From: an uncultured virus (IMG/VR IMGVR_UViG_2775507275_000005)
Lineage: Duplodnaviria > Heunggongvirae > Uroviricota > Caudoviricetes
IMG/VR virus record: IMGVR_UViG_2775507275_000005
Reading direction: 5' to 3' (one strand)
Length of the DNA stretch: 64,000 nt
The first letter of the stretch is position 1. Each line of letters opens with the position of its first letter. The notes beneath the pieces were generated by a model, which was not told where the DNA came from, did no database searches, and worked only from the letters and a program-made list of their open reading frames with translations. Positions 36,916 to 45,979 of this stretch are shown in pieces. The position numbers and the translations under genes are program-made.

Positions 36916-37234
36916 TCCGGACTGGCTCGCCATGCTTCGCGAGGCTGTCGCCGCGACGTCGCAAACCAACGTGGCCAAGCTGCTCGACGTCTCACGAACG
37001 ACCGTTTCGCTTGTCCTGTCGGGCAAATACCCCGGCAAAACCGATCGCGTCGCCGCCCGCGTCCTGAAGACGTTCGGACAGGTGCAGTGCACGCATACCG
37101 GGCAGCCGATCTCGCTGACGGTATGCGTGTCCTTCGCCAATCGCCGCGCCCCGATCAATAACCCGATGGAACTGAGCCACTGGCGCACGTGCCGCAACTG
37201 CCCGCTGCGCCCTGTTAAAGGAGAGTCCAAGTGA
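36902..37234 (+). CDS. HTH protein with Cys-rich C-terminus
   Basis: SQTNVAKLLDVSRTTVSLVLSGKY; WRTCRNCP. Confidence 0.75.
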   Translation: MTHADPDWLAMLREAVAATSQTNVAKLLDVSRTTVSLVLSGKYPGKTDRVAARVLKTFGQVQCTHTGQPISLTVCVSFANRRAPINNPMELSHWRTCRNCPLRPVKGESK

Positions 37235-37539
37235 CGACGAACTGTAACGCCCTCAATTCGCCCGTGCCACCGATCAATCAGCTCATGCAGCTCACGGCAC
37301 TGCGTCTCGCAGCGACGATCGAGACGCTCACCACGCACGGCTTCACGGTCATCGGCATCGAGTTCTCGAACGGCTCGAAGCCGACGATCCAGGTGCAGAA
37401 CTGCGAGGTGTGCGCCGACATGATCGCGAAAGGCGAAGCCACGTACTACCGCACGGGTGGCTCGGGCATCTCACGTTACCGCACCGGCCAGTTCAAGGTC
37501 GGCGAGATCCGTGTGCTGTGGACGGAGCGAGGACACTAA
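37231..37539 (+). CDS. Hypothetical protein
   Basis: GGAG RBS, coupled GTG start. Confidence 0.65.
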   Translation: MTTNCNALNSPVPPINQLMQLTALRLAATIETLTTHGFTVIGIEFSNGSKPTIQVQNCEVCADMIAKGEATYYRTGGSGISRYRTGQFKVGEIRVLWTERGH

Positions 37540-37593
37540 AAATAGAAGCAGCACCTTCCTCGAAGATCATAAAACTATATTAGGAGTCCTTTT

Positions 37594-37911
37594 ATGAAGC
37601 TACACGTTTTCACATGCTCTGACGAAGGGCGTCGTGCCCGTCGTATTCCGGTCGATGGCGATCGCATCGATTTTCCCGAATATCCGACGGAGCTGTTTGC
37701 TGCTCATGCCAATCCGGTTGCAACAACGGCGGGCGAGCCGGCATTTGTCGTGACGCACGTTGGCACAGGCTTTCGTATTGCAAGTGGCAAGACGCAAGCC
37801 GCTGCGATTTCGATGGCGAAACGTCTCATCAAAGAGAAGTCAACGGAAGAGTTCTGGCAGGGAGTTTCTGCCGCTCGCAAGCTCATCAAGGCATATCAAA
37901 CCCTCTCTTGA
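37594..37911 (+). CDS. Hypothetical protein (AT-richer insert)
   Basis: AGGAG RBS, VVTHVGTGFRI. Confidence 0.65.
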   Translation: MKLHVFTCSDEGRRARRIPVDGDRIDFPEYPTELFAAHANPVATTAGEPAFVVTHVGTGFRIASGKTQAAAISMAKRLIKEKSTEEFWQGVSAARKLIKAYQTLS

Positions 37912-37922
37912 AAGGAATGAAC

Positions 37923-38360
37923 ATGGCATCCGTACAGCAGATTCTCCAGGCCATCATCGACCACCCGGGTTCGTCCGGCGCGCAGCTCGCCGAGCAGCTC
38001 GACGTGGATGCGAAGGACATCCAGCCGCGCATCGATCCGTACATCCGCCAGGGGCGCGTGATCCGCGACAAGAAGGTCATGGATGGCTCGTCCCCGATCA
38101 ATCTGTACTACCCGAGCGACGATCTTGTGCGCGAGTTCGACGGCACGAAACAGACCGTGACAAAAGCCGCGCGAAAAGCACCGGCATTTACTCCGACCGA
38201 TGCCGCGCCTGGTGATTTCGTCTGCGGCTTCTCGACGGCCGGCCGCCTCACGGTAACCAAGGGACGGAAGACGATCGAGCTGACGCGCGAGGAAACGTCT
38301 CGTCTGCTCAAGTTCGTCGACTGCATCAACATCGAAGCGATCGCGGGAGCACAAGCATGA
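37923..38360 (+). CDS. Hypothetical wHTH protein
   Basis: QQILQAIIDHPGSSGAQLAEQLDV. Confidence 0.65.
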   Translation: MASVQQILQAIIDHPGSSGAQLAEQLDVDAKDIQPRIDPYIRQGRVIRDKKVMDGSSPINLYYPSDDLVREFDGTKQTVTKAARKAPAFTPTDAAPGDFVCGFSTAGRLTVTKGRKTIELTREETSRLLKFVDCINIEAIAGAQA

Positions 38361-38662
38361 CTATCCATATCACCCAAGGCCAAACCCTGACCAACCCCGA
38401 GGCATTAAGCAGTGTGGCCGAACTGCGATGCGAGTTGCGCCGCGCGAACGCAACGGTGCAGCAACTTCTGACCAAGATCGCACAGTACGACGAGATTGGT
38501 TCGCAAATGGTTGGTGCAGTGAATCACCTCCTGACGCTGCACGTTCAGGGAGATATCACTGGCCTCGCCGAATGGCTAGATGAGTATCTGTCGGAACGGC
38601 CGCGCGTGCGAGAGAAGATCGAAGAGGCGATCGAGAGCAAGAACCTCTGGCGCATGCACTGA
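38357..38662 (+). CDS. Hypothetical protein
   Basis: Coupled ORF with GGAG RBS. Confidence 0.6.
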   Translation: MTIHITQGQTLTNPEALSSVAELRCELRRANATVQQLLTKIAQYDEIGSQMVGAVNHLLTLHVQGDITGLAEWLDEYLSERPRVREKIEEAIESKNLWRMH

Positions 38663-38695
38663 CCGGTCAATCCATTTTCCTACCAGGAACACGCT

Positions 38696-39313
38696 ATGAC
38701 GAAGAATCAAATCCCGGTCGGCTACGTAAAAGACGCACGTGGCCGCCTCATTCCGGAATCGCTGGTCGAGCCGATCGACCAGTTGCGTGATCAAACGATC
38801 ACGTCGTTGGTGGCCGAGGCCAAGCGTCTTCAGTCGGAGATGGCCGAGTTCAAGACGCGTGCATTCGGCGACATCGCTGCGTTCGTCGAAGCCAGTCATG
38901 AGCAATACGGCGTCAAGGTCGGTGGCGCGAAGGGCAACATTTCGCTCATCACGTTCGACGGCCGTTACAAGATCGTGCGCCAGATCGCCGAACACCTTCA
39001 GTTCGACGAGCGCCTGCAGGCGGCGAAGGAACTGATCGACGAGTGCCTGCGCGAATGGACCGAAGGCAGCAACGACAAGGTCAAGGTGCTGATCAACGAA
39101 GCGTTCCAGGTCGACAAGGAAGGCAACGTGAACACCGGGCGCATTCTCGCGTTGCGTCGCCTCGCGATCGACGATCCGAAGTGGACCAAGGCGATGCGTG
39201 CGATCGTCGACAGCATTCGAGTGACGGGCAGCAAGCCATATATTCGGCTGTACGAGCGCGTCGACGAGACGGAAGAATATCGCGCGATCAGTCTCGATCT
39301 CGCGGCGATCTGA
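38696..39313 (+). CDS. DUF3164 family protein
   Basis: DARGRLIP, GGAKGNI..FDG, FDERLQAAKELIDEC, AFQVDKEG. Confidence 0.88.
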   Translation: MTKNQIPVGYVKDARGRLIPESLVEPIDQLRDQTITSLVAEAKRLQSEMAEFKTRAFGDIAAFVEASHEQYGVKVGGAKGNISLITFDGRYKIVRQIAEHLQFDERLQAAKELIDECLREWTEGSNDKVKVLINEAFQVDKEGNVNTGRILALRRLAIDDPKWTKAMRAIVDSIRVTGSKPYIRLYERVDETEEYRAISLDLAAI

Positions 39314-39326
39314 GAGGCGCACAGAC

Positions 39327-39599
39327 ATGGTCACGAAATCCACAGGTTCCAGTCGCCGGCTAAAGCCGGTCGCCTACGTCGAAATTGGCTTCTACGGATA
39401 TCTCCTCGACGCAGACAAGGCGCTGCAGGTGATGAAGGTACTTGGCGAGGCAGTCATGTGCGAAGAACGCTACGACGGGATGAAGCAAGTCTATTACGTC
39501 GGCGAGACACCCAATCTCCGGATGACGATGGTGAACCCGGACACGGTGTGTCGTCGTAGCGAATCCGACTTGCTCGCGATCGAATCCAACAGGGGCTGA
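39327..39599 (+). CDS. Hypothetical protein
   Basis: GAGG RBS, 90 aa, in operon. Confidence 0.6.
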   Translation: MVTKSTGSSRRLKPVAYVEIGFYGYLLDADKALQVMKVLGEAVMCEERYDGMKQVYYVGETPNLRMTMVNPDTVCRRSESDLLAIESNRG

Positions 39600-39605
39600 A
39601 CAACA

Positions 39606-40304
39606 ATGGACAGGAACACCGCCATCGCGAAAATCAGGAAGTGCCTCGCATTGTCGAAATCGAGCGAGCCGCACGAAGCCGCCGCTGCACTTCGCCAGGC
39701 ACAGAAGCTGATGAAGCAATTCGGGATCGACCATCCCGAACTGCTCGCGGCCGGCGTGAGCGAGGAATGGGTGAAGAGCGCTGCCGCGCGCCGGCCGGTA
39801 CGGTATGAGGTCGCGCTCGCGGGCGTCGTTGCTGACGCATACGGCTGCGAATTGCTGTTTCGTCGCCAGCTCAACGATACGTGTACGGCGATTGTCGGCG
39901 GCTATACGTTCGTCGGCGTTGCACCCGCGTCCGAGATCGCGAAGTACACGTTCGACGTGTTCGCACGTCAGTTGCGCGCGGCACGTCGCGACTACATCCA
40001 GACGAAGCTGCGCCGCTGCGGTCCGAAGAACAAAACAGCGCGCGCCGACGAGTTTTGCGAAGGATGGGTGTACGCGGTGCGCCAGCAGATGCAGAACGCA
40101 TCCCGTACCGATGAGCAAAAGACCATGATCGATGCATATATGCGCGCGAACCACGGCGAGGTACGCGAGTTTGAGCCGCGCACTCGGGACGTGGCCGGCC
40201 GCCGCACGACCGACGATCACTGGCGCGGTGTCGAGCAGGGTCGGTCGGCTGTTGTCCGTCCCGGTGTCGGCACACCTGACATGCGGAGGCTCGGCCATGT
40301 CTGA
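39606..40304 (+). CDS. DUF2786-domain protein
   Basis: KIRKCLALSKSSEPHEAAAALRQAQKLM. Confidence 0.85.
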   Translation: MDRNTAIAKIRKCLALSKSSEPHEAAAALRQAQKLMKQFGIDHPELLAAGVSEEWVKSAAARRPVRYEVALAGVVADAYGCELLFRRQLNDTCTAIVGGYTFVGVAPASEIAKYTFDVFARQLRAARRDYIQTKLRRCGPKNKTARADEFCEGWVYAVRQQMQNASRTDEQKTMIDAYMRANHGEVREFEPRTRDVAGRRTTDDHWRGVEQGRSAVVRPGVGTPDMRRLGHV

Positions 40305-40382
40305 CGTGCTGATCATCGTGACGGGCGTCGTCTTCCTGGTCTGTCTCTGCCGCAAGGAACTGCGGCGCTGGTGGAGGTCGTG

Positions 40383-40781
40383 ATGCTGATCGCAAAAACA
40401 ACGGTAGCCAAAATCCACATCGCCAAACAACAGCTCGCGATGACCGACGACGAATACCGCACGGTGCTTCGCAGCATCGCCGGCGTCGGCTCGTCGAAAG
40501 ACCTGACTCCGGAGGGGGCGCACAAGCTGCTGAAGCACTTCGAGCGCTGCGGCTTCAAACCGAAGCGCGATGCCGGCCGTCGACCGCACGTTGCGCAGCC
40601 GCGCGCCGCTCAGATTCGCAAGATTGAAGCGCTGCTAGCTGACGCTGGCCGTCCGTGGGATTACGTCGGCGGCATGGTGAAGCGAATCTGCAAGGTCGAC
40701 GCGATCGAGTTCTGTGACGACGTGATGCTCGGCAAGCTCATCGCCGCGCTGCAATACGATGCGAAGCGGAGGTCGGCATGA
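40383..40781 (+). CDS. gemA: Mu gp16/GemA (DUF1018) protein
   Basis: AKIHIAKQQLAMTDDEYR..L....G..SSKDL; KIEALL. Confidence 0.85.
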   Translation: MLIAKTTVAKIHIAKQQLAMTDDEYRTVLRSIAGVGSSKDLTPEGAHKLLKHFERCGFKPKRDAGRRPHVAQPRAAQIRKIEALLADAGRPWDYVGGMVKRICKVDAIEFCDDVMLGKLIAALQYDAKRRSA

Positions 40782-41212
40782 AGTTCGATGGTGTCGAACA
40801 CCTGTTGCCCGACGTCGTGAAGACGATCGTCAAGCTGATCGGTCTGCCGACGACGGTACGCCTGGTCGAGCAGCTCGGCGGCACGACGTTCCCGGTCGCG
40901 CTGCGCCGCTCGCGTCTCGGCGAAATCCGTTACGAGGCGCTGGCCGAGATCGTCGGCCCGGAAGCGGCCGATCAGCTCACTGCGCATTTTGGCGGTGACG
41001 TGTTGTATATCCCGCGTTGCGCGAAGGCCATGCGCGAACTGATGTACCGCAGTATTCGCGCTGAGTTCGACGTGTTGACCCGCGACCATGCTGCAAACCA
41101 CGCTGTCGCGCAGCTCGCACTTCGCTATCAGATGGCCGACCGTCATGTTTGGCGCATCCTGAAGCGCGCTGACGCATCCGAACGTGCCGTTCCCCAGGCC
41201 GAGTTGTTCTAG
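40778..41212 (+). CDS. mor: Mor/C-family transcription activator
   Basis: FGGDVLYIPRC, LALRYQMADRHVWRIL. Confidence 0.88.
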   Translation: MKFDGVEHLLPDVVKTIVKLIGLPTTVRLVEQLGGTTFPVALRRSRLGEIRYEALAEIVGPEAADQLTAHFGGDVLYIPRCAKAMRELMYRSIRAEFDVLTRDHAANHAVAQLALRYQMADRHVWRILKRADASERAVPQAELF

Positions 41213-41238
41213 CGTTAGAATCCCGCCATGATTAAACG

Positions 41239-41266
41239 AAGCCCCGCCACACGTGCGGGGCTTTTT
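41239..41266 (+). terminator. Intrinsic terminator ending the early/middle operon
   Basis: AAGCCCCGC-CACACGT-GCGGGGCTTTTT. Confidence 0.85.
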
Positions 41267-41277
41267 GTTGGTCCCCG

Positions 41278-41322
41278 CTGACATCGGTCGACTCGTGTCA
41301 GTGGCCGTGCAGCATCAACAAT
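41278..41322 (+). promoter_or_regulatory. Late promoter, Plys-like
   Basis: CTGACATC...AACAAT, same layout as the motifs at 49828 and 62023. Confidence 0.6.
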
Positions 41323-41353
41323 GCGGTCATCATTCCACATACCGAGGGTATCG

Positions 41354-41875
41354 ATGGCACGCATTACGGCCAGCGCGGCGGGCGGACAGAACATCGTCGC
41401 GTTTCTCGACATGATCGCCGCAAGCGAGATCGACGCATGGACGCGTCAGAACAGTGACGACGGGTATAACGTGCTCGTCGGCTCGCACGGTCCAATGAAG
41501 CGCAACGGCAAGGCCATTGCCTCTCGCCTCCTCACATTCCCCTCCTACGCGAAGCACCCTGGCATCTACAACGCGGAGCTGAATTCGACGGCCGCTGGTC
41601 GCTACCAGCTCCTGTCGCGCTACTACGCGCCCTACGCGCAGTTGCTCAAGCTCAATGACTTCAGTCCGGATTCCCAGGACCTGATCGCTATCCAGCAGAT
41701 TCGCGAGCGCCGCGCGCTGCCGCTGATCGCCGCCGGTCAGCTCGCGGCCGCGATCAAAGCGTGTTCGAACATTTGGGCGTCGTTGCCCGGCAACGACTAC
41801 GGTCAGCGCCAGAACGAACTGGCCATGCTCACCGTCGCGTACAAAGCGGCTGGCGGCATCGTCGCTATCGCCTGA
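41354..41875 (+). CDS. Lambda R-type endolysin (GH104 transglycosylase)
   Basis: AFLDMIAASE, STAAGRYQLL, DFSPDSQD, IWASLPG..YGQ. Confidence 0.92.
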   Translation: MARITASAAGGQNIVAFLDMIAASEIDAWTRQNSDDGYNVLVGSHGPMKRNGKAIASRLLTFPSYAKHPGIYNAELNSTAAGRYQLLSRYYAPYAQLLKLNDFSPDSQDLIAIQQIRERRALPLIAAGQLAAAIKACSNIWASLPGNDYGQRQNELAMLTVAYKAAGGIVAIA

Positions 41876-41892
41876 TCGGAGCAGCTCACCTC

Positions 41893-42138
41893 ATGCGCCT
41901 CGCCGATCTCATCACGGGCCACGACGGCAAGCTGTCGCATTCGAAGCTCTGGCCGAATGTGGCCGCCGCCGTTGCTACTGGCATGTTCATTTACCAGGGC
42001 ATCACGAAGCAACTGACGATCGAGACCTGGGCGATTTACCTCGGTTGCGTCGGCGGCTACTCGGCCGTCATCCAGGCACTCGCCGCATGGCGCGGCCGTC
42101 CCTCCAAGGAAAGGGCAAATGACGATAGCAATCTGTAA
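41893..42138 (+). CDS. Putative holin
   Basis: GKLSHSKLWPNV, two TM helices, after the endolysin. Confidence 0.65.
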   Translation: MRLADLITGHDGKLSHSKLWPNVAAAVATGMFIYQGITKQLTIETWAIYLGCVGGYSAVIQALAAWRGRPSKERANDDSNL

Positions 42139-42739
42139 GTACGGGAAGCTGGCCGTAGGCATCGTCATTGCTGCACTGCTCGCGTTCGCCTTCGCGAAAA
42201 CCTACCAGCGCGGCTACAGCGTGGCGGCCGCACGCGGCGACAAGGCGCTGTCCGACTACCGGGCGTCCGTCGAGCACACAGCCGCGTCGGCCGCGAGCGA
42301 CGCATTCGGTCGATACGTGGCCGACGTGGCACGCGCATCGGCCGCGGAGTCCGGCTATCTCAACGTTCAAACCGCCGTCACGCAGAGCGCGACGGCACTT
42401 AAGGAGCGAATCGACCATGTCGCGCAACCTCACCGTAGCCCGCCGGCTCCCGGCCGGAAAAGTGATGTGCCTGTCGTTGGTTGCGTGTTCAGCCGTGGCT
42501 TTGTCCGCGTGTGGAACGATGCAGCGGGCATCGCCGACGCTGGTGATTCCGCCATGCCGACAAGCGCCGATCCCGCCGCTGCTGTTGTCGGTCCCGACGC
42601 CGATGCCGCCGCTGACTCCGGGGTATCACAAGCCGACATCCTCGACTGGTTCGTCGACTACGCGACCCGCGCCCGAAACACCGAATCGAAACTGAAGGCG
42701 GTGAAGGCCGCGCTTACGAAACAAGAGGACAAGCAATAG
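42119..42739 (+). CDS. Rz-like i-spanin
   Basis: N-terminal TM helix, CVFSRGFVRVWN. Confidence 0.7.
   Translation: MTIAICKYGKLAVGIVIAALLAFAFAKTYQRGYSVAAARGDKALSDYRASVEHTAASAASDAFGRYVADVARASAAESGYLNVQTAVTQSATALKERIDHVAQPHRSPPAPGRKSDVPVVGCVFSRGFVRVWNDAAGIADAGDSAMPTSADPAAAVVGPDADAAADSGVSQADILDWFVDYATRARNTESKLKAVKAALTKQEDKQ
42417..42695 (+). CDS. Embedded Rz1-like lipoprotein
   Basis: AAGGAG RBS at 42401; lipobox ALSA-C; Pro-rich mature region. Confidence 0.7.
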   Translation: MSRNLTVARRLPAGKVMCLSLVACSAVALSACGTMQRASPTLVIPPCRQAPIPPLLLSVPTPMPPLTPGYHKPTSSTGSSTTRPAPETPNRN

Positions 42740-42973
42740 ATGGATGACTTTGACCACGCGAGCGACATAGAAGAACAGTATCGCGCGCTCGCGATCGCGG
42801 CAGCAACGCGACCCGCTCGCAGCACTGTCGAATCGGAAGCGTTTTGCCAGAACGAGGCATGCGGCGAACCCATTCCGGAGGAACGTCGCCGCGCGATACC
42901 TGGTTGCCGTTTTTGTATCGAGTGCCAGGCGCGACGCGAACAGGTTCTAAAACGGAGGTGCGCGTGCAAGTGA
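42740..42973 (+). CDS. TraR/DksA C4 zinc-finger protein
   Basis: C...CGEPIPEERRRAIPGCRFCIECQ. Confidence 0.9.
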   Translation: MDDFDHASDIEEQYRALAIAAATRPARSTVESEAFCQNEACGEPIPEERRRAIPGCRFCIECQARREQVLKRRCACK

Positions 42974-43266
42974 CATTCGATCCGGCCGCGATTTTTATGG
43001 GCGTCATCACGCTTCTGCTCGGAGCTGTAAACCTCTTCGGCGGTGTTGTGATCCGCAGCGTCCTGAAGAAGATGGAAGACAACGAAGTCCGGGACGCTGG
43101 CATCCAGCGCGACATGGCTGCGTTCCGCGAGATGGTGGCGCGCGAATACGTTCCTCGCTCCGAGAATCAGGCTATGCGCGATGAATTCCGAGATGGTCTG
43201 CGCAGCATTGACCAAAAGCTGACCGACATCAACACCAAGCTGGACAGAAAACAGGACAAGCAATGA
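42964..43266 (+). CDS. Membrane-anchored coiled-coil protein
   Basis: TM helix, then EYVPRSE..IDQKL. Confidence 0.65.
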   Translation: MQVTFDPAAIFMGVITLLLGAVNLFGGVVIRSVLKKMEDNEVRDAGIQRDMAAFREMVAREYVPRSENQAMRDEFRDGLRSIDQKLTDINTKLDRKQDKQ

Positions 43267-43469
43267 GCGAAGTCAAGGTGGAAGAAAGCCCCGAAATGAA
43301 GCTGCTGAGGAAGATCGACGCGGGGGTCGGCGAGTTGAAGGAACAGGTCGCCAACGTCGAGCGGCGTGCCATCAAGTATGGCGCGGCGGCTGGCGCAGGT
43401 GCCGGCGCGGTGGCCGGTGGCATTGTCGCGATGGGTATCTCGTTTGCCCGCGCGAAGCTGGGAATTTAA
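43263..43469 (+). CDS. Small Mu-like protein
   Basis: GAAAGAGAGAVAGG C-terminal helix, upstream of the small terminase. Confidence 0.65.
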   Translation: MSEVKVEESPEMKLLRKIDAGVGELKEQVANVERRAIKYGAAAGAGAGAVAGGIVAMGISFARAKLGI

Positions 43470-43474
43470 CGCGC

Positions 43475-43972
43475 ATGGCCTACCCGAAGGAAGTGCGCGA
43501 CAAGGTGCGTCGAGCTTTCGTGTTCGATCGTCTGTCGCTCGAAGTCGCCGCGCTAAAGAGCGGCGTCAATTCGTCGACGGCTCGGCGCTGGAAGGACGAT
43601 GCGCGCGCGGCCGGTGACGATTGGGACAAGGCCCAGGCAGCGCAGCTCATCGCGGGCGGTGGCATTGAAGGCGCGGCCCGTCAGATGCTGGCCGGCCTGG
43701 TCACGCAATATCAAGCGACGATGGACGAACTGGACGGTGCGGAGATGAAGCCGGCCGACAAGGTCGCGCTGCTCGCGAGTCTCGCCGATGCGTACAACAA
43801 GACGATCAACGCATCGAAACGCATCCTGCCGGAGACGAACGAGCTGGCGATCGCGATGGGCGTCGTGCAGCGCCTGGCTACGTTCATCAAGGATCGGCAT
43901 CCGGAACACGTCGGCGCGTTCGCCGATGTCCTCGGCCCGTTCGGCGACGAGTTGGCCACCGCCTATGGTTGA
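43475..43972 (+). CDS. DUF1804 protein (small terminase, Mu gp27-like)
   Basis: TARRWKDDARAAGDDWDK, LASLADAY. Confidence 0.85.
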   Translation: MAYPKEVRDKVRRAFVFDRLSLEVAALKSGVNSSTARRWKDDARAAGDDWDKAQAAQLIAGGGIEGAARQMLAGLVTQYQATMDELDGAEMKPADKVALLASLADAYNKTINASKRILPETNELAIAMGVVQRLATFIKDRHPEHVGAFADVLGPFGDELATAYG

Positions 43973-43981
43973 GGTGATGAC

Positions 43982-44179
43982 ATGCTGATTAAACTGACCC
44001 GCGACAACGCGGTGAATCCTGTTCACGTCGTTAGTGCCCGTATCGAACACCGTGATCGCGATACGCGCCTCGTTGTTGAGACGGTGACCGGCAACGTGAT
44101 CTATGTGACGCACAATCTGTATGACGGCGTCGATGTGTACAAGGTCTATCAGGCGCTGCTCGACGCGAAGGCGGACTGA
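43982..44179 (+). CDS. Hypothetical protein
   Basis: GAGG RBS, MLIKL...AVNP.HV. Confidence 0.6.
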   Translation: MLIKLTRDNAVNPVHVVSARIEHRDRDTRLVVETVTGNVIYVTHNLYDGVDVYKVYQALLDAKAD

Positions 44180-44180
44180 C

Positions 44181-45968
44181 ATGGTCCAGAAGTTCACTGA
44201 GAAGGATTTCCACAAGGAAATCGCCGAGCTGCAGGCCGAGCTGCGGCGCGACATCGAGGCCCATGCAACGGGCCTCGATCCGTCACCGGCCGCGCGCCTG
44301 GAACGCCGTCGACGCGTGCTCGTCGACGGCGACTATCAGTTCTTCGCGTACACGTATTTCCCGCATCACATTCGCGGCACGCCGTCGCTGTTCCAGGCGC
44401 ACTTCTGCGGGCGGTTCCCGAAGCTGCTGCGCCAGCCTGGCGGCACGCGTGAATGGTGGGTCGCGCCGCGCGGCGAGGCGAAGTCGTCGATGTGCACGAA
44501 GATCGGTCCCGTCTACATCATCGTGCAGGGGCTGCTGCAGCGTGAGGAAGTCCGGCGCGAGGTCGGCTGGACCGGCGAGCTGCCGTCGTTTCTCGACTAC
44601 GTCATCTTGCTCGGCGCGGAGACGTCGCTGCCGACCAAACTGCTCGAAGTCGTTAAAACGGAGCTGACCGCTAACGCGGCGCTTCAGCTCGACTTCCCCG
44701 AGGTGTGCGGCAAGGGGCCGATGTGGAAGGTCGGCGAGTTCGTCACGAAGAACGGCGTGAAGGTCGAGCCGTTCGGTGCCGAGCAGGCGATTCGCGGCAC
44801 GTTCCACGGCGCGAGCCGTCCCAAGGTGCTGATGGGCGATGACCTGATCACCGACGCGGAGGCGAAGAGTCCGACCGAACGCCAGAATCGCTGGACATGG
44901 CTGGAAAAGGCGATCGACTACCTCGGCCCGCCCGACGGCAGCGTGAAATACATCGGCGTCGGCACGGTGCTGGACAAGGATGATCCGATCTCGCGCGCGA
45001 AGCGCACGATCGGCCATATCGTCCATCATTTCCGCGCGATCGCGCAGATGCCGACGAACATGGATCTGTGGCAGCAGTGCGAAGCGCTGATGCTGAACGA
45101 CGACAAGCCGGCGATCGAAGAGGCCGCCGCGCGTGGTGAGGCGATCGCCGACACCGATCTGCCATCGTATCAGTTCTACCTGGAACACCGGGCCGAGATG
45201 GACGCTGGCGCCGTCACGTCGTGGCCATCGGTGCGCACGCTGTTCTATCTGATGCGTCAGCGTGCGAAATCGCCGCGCGCGTTCGCGACCGAGATGCAGG
45301 GCGATCCGCGCACCGAAGAAGACAAGGTGTTCGGTCACATCACGTTCTGGGTGCAGCGATTGCAGTCCTGGTTGATGTTCGGCGCGTGCGATCCATCGAT
45401 GGGGCAAGGCAGGAAGTCGGACCCGTCCGCGATCTTGGTCGGCGGTCTGGACATCGTCAGTCGCAAGCTGCACGTCATCCACGCGGAGATCAAGCGCCGC
45501 GTGCCGTCGAAGCTCGAAGCTGACCTGATCAAGGTTCAACGTGAATTCCGGTGCCGCGCGTTCGGCTTCGAAAACAACAATGCGTATGAATGGGCGCGAC
45601 AGGATCTGATCAAGGCCGCATTGCGGGCCGGCGTGCCGTTACCGCTCGTCGGCGTCACGGCGAGCGTCGCACCCGAGTTGCGGATCGATTCATTGGAGCC
45701 GTTCGTCACGGATCGCATTACGCCATCGATTTTGTTCCACGCGACGCAAACTGCGCTGCTCGCCGAGCTGGATGAATGGCCGGAGCCGCAGGGCCATCAC
45801 CACTTTGACGGCCTGACCGCGCTGCACATTCTTTGGATGATCGCGCAGTCGCGCGGCTACGGCATCACGGACGGTTACGAGGCGGTCACGTCCCGGCCGA
45901 TCGAGCGCGGTGCCGATCACGATGACGACGACTATGACTATCCGCTGTCGAGCCGGCGCGGCTATTGA
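44181..45968 (+). CDS. Terminase large subunit
   Basis: APRGEAKS, RP...MGDD, VGTVL, GACDPSMG, HFDG. Confidence 0.92.
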   Translation: MVQKFTEKDFHKEIAELQAELRRDIEAHATGLDPSPAARLERRRRVLVDGDYQFFAYTYFPHHIRGTPSLFQAHFCGRFPKLLRQPGGTREWWVAPRGEAKSSMCTKIGPVYIIVQGLLQREEVRREVGWTGELPSFLDYVILLGAETSLPTKLLEVVKTELTANAALQLDFPEVCGKGPMWKVGEFVTKNGVKVEPFGAEQAIRGTFHGASRPKVLMGDDLITDAEAKSPTERQNRWTWLEKAIDYLGPPDGSVKYIGVGTVLDKDDPISRAKRTIGHIVHHFRAIAQMPTNMDLWQQCEALMLNDDKPAIEEAAARGEAIADTDLPSYQFYLEHRAEMDAGAVTSWPSVRTLFYLMRQRAKSPRAFATEMQGDPRTEEDKVFGHITFWVQRLQSWLMFGACDPSMGQGRKSDPSAILVGGLDIVSRKLHVIHAEIKRRVPSKLEADLIKVQREFRCRAFGFENNNAYEWARQDLIKAALRAGVPLPLVGVTASVAPELRIDSLEPFVTDRITPSILFHATQTALLAELDEWPEPQGHHHFDGLTALHILWMIAQSRGYGITDGYEAVTSRPIERGADHDDDDYDYPLSSRRGY

Positions 45969-45979
45969 GGAAACTGAAC

